From Schaalia odontolytica (GTDB lineage Bacteria > Actinomycetota > Actinomycetes > Actinomycetales > Actinomycetaceae), in the NCBI RefSeq assembly GCF_005696695.1, contig NZ_CP040006.1:1170001-1202000 (forward strand): a stretch of DNA of 32,000 bases, written 5' to 3'. The notes beneath the pieces were generated by a model that was not told the origin of the DNA, ran no database searches, and was given only the letters and a program-made list of their open reading frames with translations. The position numbers and the translations under genes were made by a program. Numbering within the stretch: position 1 is the first letter of the stretch; each line of letters begins with the position of its first letter. This document shows positions 8,760 to 14,776 of this stretch, in pieces.

Positions 8760-9280
8760 GCCTCATCGTGTTGATCGGAGTGACTGGCTCCGGCAAAACC
8801 ACCGTTGGACGCGAGCTCTCCCGCCGCTACGAATTGCCGCTGTACGAGGTCGACGAGGCCGTCGAGGCACGCCTGGGTGCGTCGATGCGCACCCTCGTGG
8901 TCGGACGCGATCCGCGCCTGGCCACCACAGCACGCGAAGAAGCCGACCGGCTCCTTGGTCTCGACGAGGGCATTGTCACGCTCGGTGCCTCTCAGCCGCT
9001 CGCCCCAGCCACTGCCTCGTCGATCGAGCGGGCGCGCGCAAACGGCGCGTTCGTCATCGAGCTCAGCGCCGACCTTTCCGCGGTATCACGCCGAGAAGGC
9101 CTCGGCGCTCCGCGCTCGGTCGGCCTGGGTGCACCCCGCGCCGTGCTGACCCAGCTCATGAAACAAGCGCGCGAGGCATACGCCTCCGTGGCCGACACAA
9201 CAGTGGATACGAGTGACCGCACCCCGCAAGAAGTCGCGGATTTGGTCGCACGCGCGTGTAAACTGACCCCTGATTACTGA
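8756..9280 (+). CDS. Divergent shikimate-kinase-like P-loop protein (aroK paralog; function uncertain)
   Basis: The P-loop GVTGSGKTTVGREL and overall length and architecture resemble AroK. However, the GGG shikimate-binding motif reads GAS and the LID RPLL motif is replaced by a duplicated GLGAPR(S/A)V. Its ATG overlaps the aroB stop. Confidence 0.7.
   Translation: MSLIVLIGVTGSGKTTVGRELSRRYELPLYEVDEAVEARLGASMRTLVVGRDPRLATTAREEADRLLGLDEGIVTLGASQPLAPATASSIERARANGAFVIELSADLSAVSRREGLGAPRSVGLGAPRAVLTQLMKQAREAYASVADTTVDTSDRTPQEVADLVARACKLTPDY
9098..9145 (+). repeat. In-frame tandem 24-nt (8-codon) duplication inside the aroK-like gene
   Basis: ggcctcggcgctccgcgctcggtc / ggcctgggtgcaccccgcgccgtg encode GLGAPRSV / GLGAPRAV. 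Identity is 17/24 nt, and 5 of the 7 differences are synonymous third positions. Confidence 0.75.
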
Positions 9281-9304
9281 TTCCTTCTCAAGTGAGGTAC
9301 CCCT

Positions 9305-9868
9305 GTGGCAACGACCAATGATCTGAAGAACGGCCTGGTTATGGTGATCGACGGCCAGCTCTGGCAGGTTGTCGAGTTCCAGCACGTCAAGCCCGGCAAG
9401 GGCCCGGCCTTCGTGCGCACCAAGATCAAGAACGTCCTGTCCGGCAAGACCGTCGACAAGACCTTCAACGCGGGCCTGAAGATCGAGACCGCGACCGTCG
9501 ACCGTCGCGACATGACGTACCTGTACCAGGACGGCACCGACTACGTCTTCATGGATCAGTCCACCTACGAGCAGATCAACGTTCCCGCCGAGACCGTGGG
9601 CGACGCCCGCAACTTCATGGTGGAGAACCAGAACGTTATCGTCTCCCAGCACGACGGCACCGTCCTGTTCGTTGAGCTGCCCGCCACCGTCGTCCTGACG
9701 ATCACGCACACGGAGCCCGGCCTGCAGGGCGACCGTTCTTCCGCCGGCACCAAGCCCGCGACCCTCGAGACCGGCTACGAGATCCAGGTTCCCCTCTTCA
9801 TGGAGGAAGGCACCCGCGTCAAGGTTGACACCCGCGACGGCTCGTACTCGGGTCGCGTGACCGAGTAA
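9305..9868 (+). CDS. efp: Elongation factor P
   Basis: [43 protein letters not shown] matches the EF-P N-terminal domain. GTG start with GAGG upstream. 187 aa. Confidence 0.95.
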   Translation: MATTNDLKNGLVMVIDGQLWQVVEFQHVKPGKGPAFVRTKIKNVLSGKTVDKTFNAGLKIETATVDRRDMTYLYQDGTDYVFMDQSTYEQINVPAETVGDARNFMVENQNVIVSQHDGTVLFVELPATVVLTITHTEPGLQGDRSSAGTKPATLETGYEIQVPLFMEEGTRVKVDTRDGSYSGRVTE

Positions 9869-10488
9869 TGTCGAAGCAGCACCGCTTCACCTCGCGCACC
9901 AAGGCCCGCAAGCGCGCGGCCGACGTTGTCTACGAGGCCGACCAGCGCGGTATGGGGTCTAACCCCGACGTGCTGCGCGACCTCCTGCGCGAGCGCCGCG
10001 TCATCACCGCGGCTCAGACTCCGCTCCCGGAGTTCTCGATCCAGATCATCGCGGGTGTGGCGGACAATCTGCGCCGCATCGACTCGTTGATCTCGGCGCA
10101 CGCTCGCGTGCCCGGCCTGGATCGCATTGCCGCCGTCGACCTTGCGGTCATGCGCGTGGCGGTGTGGGAGATGCTCGAGAACGACGAGGTATCGCCGATC
10201 ATCGTCATCGACGAGGCGATCTCGATCGTTCGCTCGATCTCGACCGACACATCGCCGTCGTTCGTGAACGCGGTCCTCGACGCGATCCGCAAGGATCTTG
10301 CGTCACCCGCATGGTCGCGTCGCAGCTCCGAGGAAGAGGAAGCACACGTTTCCGATGAGGCCGAGTCCTCGTCTGACAATGAGCTGCCCGCACAGGAAGC
10401 GCCCGCGCGCGCTCTGCCTGCCGGTGCCAAGCCGCTGGATGGCGGCAGCGTCGAAGACGAGCTTGACGTACTCCTCGAGGAGTACTGA
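9868..10488 (+). CDS. nusB: Transcription antitermination factor NusB with an acidic C-terminal extension
   Basis: It lies directly after efp (TAATG overlap). The NusB-like core includes RTKARKRAADVVYEAD...IDEAISIVRSISTDTSPSFVNAVLD. At 206 aa it is longer than typical NusB. Confidence 0.88.
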   Translation: MSKQHRFTSRTKARKRAADVVYEADQRGMGSNPDVLRDLLRERRVITAAQTPLPEFSIQIIAGVADNLRRIDSLISAHARVPGLDRIAAVDLAVMRVAVWEMLENDEVSPIIVIDEAISIVRSISTDTSPSFVNAVLDAIRKDLASPAWSRRSSEEEEAHVSDEAESSSDNELPAQEAPARALPAGAKPLDGGSVEDELDVLLEEY

Positions 10489-10510
10489 GCGCTCGCTCTA
10501 CATGCCTGGT

Positions 10511-10550
10511 GGGGCCGACTCTCATGTGGGAGTCGGCCCCACTTTTACTT
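10511..10550 (+). terminator. Rho-independent terminator downstream of nusB
   Basis: An 11-bp perfect stem, GGGGCCGACTC (10511-10521) paired with GAGTCGGCCCC (10530-10540), has an 8-nt loop and is followed by ACTTTTACTT. Confidence 0.65.
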
Positions 10551-10621
10551 CAATGCCAGCGGCATCTACAGGCGCAGCCGAGCGGGACGGTTGTTCCCGA
10601 TTGGACTTGGGCATATGAGTC

Positions 10622-10648
10622 GGGGCAGGATCATGCCGATCCTGCCCC
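10622..10648 (-). terminator. Stem-loop 15 nt downstream of the DUF2249-like gene stop (terminator candidate without a U-tract)
   Basis: GGGGCAGGATC (10622-10632) pairs with GATCCTGCCCC (10638-10648) around a 5-nt loop. There is no T-run on the minus strand after it. Confidence 0.4.
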
Positions 10649-10662
10649 TTCACTGCCTGCTA

Positions 10663-10959
10663 TCAGAGAGCAAGGCGAGTCGTTCGCACGTCCCAGAACT
10701 CCGGACCATCAACGATGACCTCGAAGGTCCACTCGCCGGGCAGCTGTGCGATCTGAGCAAGCAGCGGACGAGGCAGGTGGGGAGCGCGAATGATGAAGGA
10801 TTCACCGGCGTTCATCGACTGGGCAGCGCCGAGGACAGCCGCGTGACGCAGACGGTGGGGGATAGCAGTCGCATCAATGGTCGGCTCGGCAACATCGTGT
10901 TCGCCGCAGCCACAACCGCCACCGCGGACCTCGGGGTGGGGAAGCTGTTCGATCGTCAT
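10663..10959 (-). CDS. DUF2249-like small protein (98 aa) with a Cys-Gly-Cys-Gly-Glu-His N-terminal motif
   Basis: IDATAIPHRLRHAAVLGAAQSMNAGESFIIRAPHLPRPLLAQIAQLPGEWTFEVIVDGPEFWDVRTTR fits the DUF2249 pattern as I remember it (R.IP...RH...GA...L..GE...L...H.P.PL..Q......F......GPE.W.V.I.R). An AAAGG RBS lies upstream. Confidence 0.72.
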   Translation of the reverse strand: MTIEQLPHPEVRGGGCGCGEHDVAEPTIDATAIPHRLRHAAVLGAAQSMNAGESFIIRAPHLPRPLLAQIAQLPGEWTFEVIVDGPEFWDVRTTRLAL

Positions 10960-11075
10960 GGTGTGGCCTTTCTATAGAGAAGTATCTGGGGCGCCGTCGG
11001 CGCTCATTGAATTTTACCGGGTTTGCCCCTTTCATTGCAGCGCCAACAGGACTACGTATTGTCATCGGAGACGTG

Positions 11076-11115
11076 ATACCCGGTAGGGGTATTGCACGAT
11101 ACCCCTACCGGGTAT
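11076..11115. promoter_or_regulatory. Two adjacent ATACCC-N5-GGGTAT palindromes (CsoR/RicR-type operator-like) forming a 40-bp perfect palindrome
   Basis: ATACCCGGTAGGGGTAT (11076-11092), spacer TGCACG, then ATACCCCTACCGGGTAT (11099-11115). The two 17-mers are exact reverse complements and each is internally palindromic. They lie in the divergent region between the DUF2249-like gene and uhpT. A TATAAT at 11113-11118 overlaps site 2. Confidence 0.45.
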
Positions 11116-11265
11116 AATTCACCGCCACGCGGCCACCGGCGTACGTCAGCGACAAGCGGGCCGAGAAGCATTTGACACGCATCACCCCCAACACCAGCCA
11201 AATGCCCCTACATTGCACCGTTTGACAGCAGTTCATAACCGACGATTTTCGTGCGCAAGTGAGCC

Positions 11266-11294
11266 TTGACACGGAATGTAAGCGTTTGTATTCT
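11266..11294 (+). promoter_or_regulatory. Candidate sigma-70/SigA-type promoter of the uhpT-like gene
   Basis: TTGACA (11266-11271), a 17-nt spacer, then TATTCT (11289-11294). This predicts a 5' UTR of about 60 nt before ATG 11364. Confidence 0.45.
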
Positions 11295-11363
11295 GGTGGC
11301 GTTACGCCGATGGCACCGGCGCCATCATCACCCGCGTACACCGACAACACTGGAGAGACAGCA

Positions 11364-12779
11364 ATGACGCATCTATCCCGCATTTTCGATATTCGTACGT
11401 CTCCACCCACGTCCCTGACGCTCGAGCAGCAACGCAAAAAGTGGCTCATGGAGTTCCTCAAGACGTACGCCGTACTCGTCATCGTGTATGGCGGCTTCTA
11501 CCTGCTGCGCACGAACTTCAAGTCCGCACAGCCCTTCCTCGTCGAACAGGTCGGGCTGACGACGACTCAGCTCGGCACGATCGGCTTCGCATTTTCGCTG
11601 ACCTACGGCTTCGGCGGACTCATTCTCGGATTCTTCATTGATGGCAAGAACACCAAGAAGGTCATCTCCGCACTCCTGCTCGCCTCGGGTGTCACGTCGA
11701 TCCTGATCGGCCTCGTGCTCGCATGGTTCCACAGCCCTTATGGCTGGATGATCCTCCTGTGGTCACTCAATGGCCTTTTCCAGGCTCCCGGCGGCCCCTG
11801 CTGCAACTCGACGATGAACCGATGGACGCCCCGTGCCCTGCGTGGTCGCTTCATCGGCTGGTGGAATGCCTCGCACAACATTGGCGCGATGGTGGCGGGC
11901 GTACTCGCTCTCTGGGGCGCGAACACCCTGTTCAACGGATCTGTCATCGGCATGTTTATCGTCCCTGCCGTCATCTGCATTCCGATCGGCATATGGGGTT
12001 GGTTCTTCGGCAAGGACGATCCTAAGGAGCACGGTTGGAACACGCCAGAGGCGATCTTCGGTGAACCTGAGTCGAAGGCTGATGCGGTGACAAGCTCCGT
12101 CTCCAAGGGGCGGATCCTGGTCGATTACGTTGTCAAGAATCCTGCCGTCTGGTTCCTGTGCATCGCTAATGTCGCCGCGTACTGCGTGCGCATCGGCATC
12201 GACAACTGGAACGTGCTCTACACACGTCAGGAGCTTGGTTTCTCCGACTACCTCGCGGTGAACACGACCATCGCGCTGGAACTCGGCGGCCTCGCCGGCT
12301 CTCTTCTGTGGGGATACTTCTCAGACAAGATGGGCGGTCGGCGCGCCCTCAGCGCCGCTATCGGCATGGGCGCCGTGGTCATCCCGCTCTTCGTCTACGC
12401 GCATGCGACGACGGCTCCCGTCGTCTACGGAGCTCTCTTCATGATCGGCTTCCTGATCTTTGGCCCCGTCACCTTGATTGGCATCTGCGTCATCGGTTTT
12501 GCGCCGAAGACCGCGACCGTGGTCGTCAACGCAGTACCTCGAGCATTCGGCTACGTCTTTGGCGATTCGATGGCCAAGGTTCTTCTCGGCCGCATTGCAG
12601 ACCCGACCAAGGACGGTGTGACGATCCTCGGATGGCACCTCCACGGCTGGTCATCGACGTTCACCGTGCTGTTTGCATCCGCAGCGGTTGGCCTCGCCTG
12701 CCTGATCATGGTTGCGTTCTTTGAGGAGCGTAACCTGCGTGCTGACCGTGAATTCAGCGAAGCGAAGGAGGAATTGTGA
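11364..12779 (+). CDS. uhpT: Hexose-phosphate/organophosphate:phosphate antiporter, MFS OPA family (UhpT-like)
   Basis: Long stretches match my recollection of E. coli UhpT: YLLRTNF, DGKNTKK, TMNRWTPRALRGRFIGWWNASHNIG, GANTLFNGSVIGMFIVP, VRIGIDNW, FLIFGP. Both conserved OPA arginines are present. ATG 11364 has a GGAGAG RBS 7 nt upstream and gives an N-terminal length matching UhpT. The track start at 11259 would precede the predicted promoter. Confidence 0.88.
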   Translation: MTHLSRIFDIRTSPPTSLTLEQQRKKWLMEFLKTYAVLVIVYGGFYLLRTNFKSAQPFLVEQVGLTTTQLGTIGFAFSLTYGFGGLILGFFIDGKNTKKVISALLLASGVTSILIGLVLAWFHSPYGWMILLWSLNGLFQAPGGPCCNSTMNRWTPRALRGRFIGWWNASHNIGAMVAGVLALWGANTLFNGSVIGMFIVPAVICIPIGIWGWFFGKDDPKEHGWNTPEAIFGEPESKADAVTSSVSKGRILVDYVVKNPAVWFLCIANVAAYCVRIGIDNWNVLYTRQELGFSDYLAVNTTIALELGGLAGSLLWGYFSDKMGGRRALSAAIGMGAVVIPLFVYAHATTAPVVYGALFMIGFLIFGPVTLIGICVIGFAPKTATVVVNAVPRAFGYVFGDSMAKVLLGRIADPTKDGVTILGWHLHGWSSTFTVLFASAAVGLACLIMVAFFEERNLRADREFSEAKEEL

Positions 12780-13558
12780 GCATGACCGTTGATGTGGAGC
12801 ACCTGCTCAATGCGGCTATTGAGGCTGTTCGCAGGGGGATGAACATCGCACTTCACCCACCCGTTGAGCTTGACGTGCACACGAAAGCAAATCGTAACGA
12901 TCTCGTGACAGCCGTCGATAAAGCGATCGAAGCGGATATTGCGTCCCACCTTCACTCGGCGACAGGCTTGCCACTGCTGGGGGAGGAGGGGCACGCCGTT
13001 GACTCTTTCGCGGGGCTCGTCTGGGTCCTCGATCCGATCGACGGCACGATGAACTACGTGGAAACCCACCGCGATTATGCGGTGTCGTTGGCCCTGTGTG
13101 AGGACGGAATTCCGATCCTTGGCGTGGTCGCGGACGTTGTTGCCGGACGCATCTATCACGCGATCCGAGGCCAGGGCGCGTGGGTCGATGGGGTTCCTCT
13201 CACGCAGGCGACGGATGTGTCAACGTATCGTGACGCCATCATCATCACCGACATCAAAGAGATCCTCGCGCTGCCTCGGCTTGCCCGTGCACTTCAGGAC
13301 AGCCGTGGCCATCGGCGCTACGGCTCCGCAGCGCTCGAATGCGTGGAAGTTGCTGTCGGCCGGGCTGGAGCATTCGTCCATATGTGGGTCTCTCCGTGGG
13401 ACATTGCCGCAGCGACGCTCATCGCCACCGAGTGCGGTGCGCTCGCGACGCGCTTGGACGGAACTCCGCTCGACGTGCGCTACAAGGGATCAATTCTCCT
13501 CGGTACACCCAACGTGCACGCCACGCTCGTTGACTGTCTGATGTCCTCGGTCCAGTAA
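12776..13558 (+). CDS. Inositol monophosphatase (IMPase/SuhB) family phosphatase
   Basis: Motifs DLVTAVD, LLGEEG, WVLDPIDGTMNY and SPWDIAAA. The start is GTG 12776 (GTGA overlap with the uhpT stop) or ATG 12782, with GGAGG at 12767-12771. Confidence 0.85.
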   Translation: MSMTVDVEHLLNAAIEAVRRGMNIALHPPVELDVHTKANRNDLVTAVDKAIEADIASHLHSATGLPLLGEEGHAVDSFAGLVWVLDPIDGTMNYVETHRDYAVSLALCEDGIPILGVVADVVAGRIYHAIRGQGAWVDGVPLTQATDVSTYRDAIIITDIKEILALPRLARALQDSRGHRRYGSAALECVEVAVGRAGAFVHMWVSPWDIAAATLIATECGALATRLDGTPLDVRYKGSILLGTPNVHATLVDCLMSSVQ

Positions 13559-13569
13559 GAGCGGACGGT

Positions 13570-13606
13570 CGCGCGGGACGGGCTCACCGTCAGCTCGTTC
13601 CGCGCG
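13570..13606. terminator. Stem-loop between the convergent IMPase and lacI-family genes (possible bidirectional terminator, no U-tract)
   Basis: CGCGCGGGA (13570-13578) pairs with TTCCGCGCG (13598-13606), with one G-U pair. An inner ACGG/CCGT pairing is possible. Confidence 0.35.
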
Positions 13607-13607
13607 G

Positions 13608-14645
13608 CTATCCCGTGCTCGCCCGCACGACGAGTTCGGTGTCGACACGCTGACGAGCCGGGCTGCCACCCTCGCCGAGCGCTCGTGCGATCGCCTGATC
13701 GACAGCGAGGCTCGCGACACGCGACGGCGCGCGGTCGATCGACGTCAGAGAGAGGGCGCGCGACGAAGCGATCGCCGAGTTATCGCAGCCCACAACCAAC
13801 ATATCGCGCCCCGGAACGAGGCCGTCCCCGAGGAGAGCAAGAATGGCTCCGTGCGCGCACTGGTCGTTGTAGCAAACGAGCGCATCGACGCCCGCAGGGA
13901 CACCCGCTCGGACGGCGAGGAAGCCAGCGTCGACGTTGTCACCGCCCGGCATAGTCAGCGCATCGACCTCATGAGTGCGGCACGCCTGCGTAAAAGCCGC
14001 TTTGCGCGCTCGTGCGGAGGGTCCGGGAGGCCCTTCAAGGAATGCAATGCGTCGGCTGCCACGTTGGGCGAGAAGAGCAATCGCTTGCCCCATACCACGT
14101 TCGTTGGAGCTCGTGACGAGATCGATGTTCCGACGAGGCGCGCGCTGACCAATGAGGACAGTCGGAGTATTCGGAAAGCGCGTCGAAATACAGGTCGAGT
14201 CAACAGCAATGACCGCTTGAGCGCGCAGCTGCAGAACAGACTCCCAGGCTCGGTCAACGTCACGCGACGTGTCGATTGACTCCACAATGACCCGAAACCC
14301 CCGATCCTCAGCGTATCGGAGGGCCTCAGCACGGTAGCGAACATGCAGTTCCTGGCTGAGGGAACAGACGAGGCCGAGGATCTGCGGCCGCGCCGAAGCG
14401 AGGAGCGACGCCGCGATGTTAGCCCGGTAGCCGAGCTCCTCGGCCACCTTTTCGATGCGTTCGCGCGTTGGGGCGGCGACGCGCGGAGATCCCCCGAGAG
14501 CGCGCGACACGGTCGCGATCGATGTTCCGGCAGCGAGAGCGATATCGTCGAGCGTCACGCGGTGTCCAGACGTCGGACGGTCGTGCGCCAGCGGCGTCAC
14601 ACCGGTGCTTTGCCCGGGGGTGGACTGCTTCGACTGCTGGCTCAT
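13608..14645 (-). CDS. LacI/GalR-family transcriptional regulator
   Basis: The N-terminal HTH is VTLDDIALAAGTSIATVSRALGG..RV....RERI..VAEELGYR, followed by a periplasmic-binding-protein-like sugar-binding core. The 29-aa S/T/Q-rich leader makes the start uncertain; in-frame GTGs at 14600 and 14558 are alternatives. Confidence 0.87.
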   Translation of the reverse strand: MSQQSKQSTPGQSTGVTPLAHDRPTSGHRVTLDDIALAAGTSIATVSRALGGSPRVAAPTRERIEKVAEELGYRANIAASLLASARPQILGLVCSLSQELHVRYRAEALRYAEDRGFRVIVESIDTSRDVDRAWESVLQLRAQAVIAVDSTCISTRFPNTPTVLIGQRAPRRNIDLVTSSNERGMGQAIALLAQRGSRRIAFLEGPPGPSARARKAAFTQACRTHEVDALTMPGGDNVDAGFLAVRAGVPAGVDALVCYNDQCAHGAILALLGDGLVPGRDMLVVGCDNSAIASSRALSLTSIDRAPSRVASLAVDQAIARALGEGGSPARQRVDTELVVRASTG

Positions 14646-14736
14646 TCCTGCAGTCTAACGCCACTCACGTGGTGTTTCACACGTGGAGGTGTCACACCGG
14701 CTCCTGACGAGGAGCGTAGGATGGTCGTACGACAGA

Positions 14737-14770
14737 TCCTTTAATGACCGTCCCGTGAGGCGGGGAAGGA
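14737..14770 (+). promoter_or_regulatory. PyrR-binding RNA stem-loop overlapping the pyrR ribosome-binding site
   Basis: GUCCCGUGAGGCG resembles the PyrR binding-loop consensus (ARUCCAGAGAGGYU, as recalled). The outer stem UCCUU (14737-14741) / AAGGA (14766-14770) would sequester the GGAAGGAG RBS of pyrR (GTG 14777). Confidence 0.55.
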
Positions 14771-14776
14771 GTAAGC

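Noticed and set aside
10591-10977. A 128-aa plus-strand ORF overlapping the DUF2249-like gene.
   Set aside because: The minus-strand reading gives a recognisable DUF2249-like pattern with an RBS. The plus-strand product has no recognisable features.
11105-11482. A 125-aa minus-strand ORF spanning the palindrome and the uhpT start, and short plus-strand ORFs downstream of the TATAAT box (for example the 7-codon ATG 11202-11225).
   Set aside because: They have no RBS, no coding-type third-position bias and no recognisable motif, and they overlap the well-supported uhpT start. The 7-codon ORF is too short to evaluate. The region is treated as non-coding regulatory DNA.
10489-14776. The possibility that the islet is a mobile element or genomic island with defined ends.
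   Set aside because: I could not find an integrase, transposase or recombinase gene, a tRNA target, or terminal inverted or direct repeats by eye. Only the compositional and synteny arguments remain, and these are reported as a finding.
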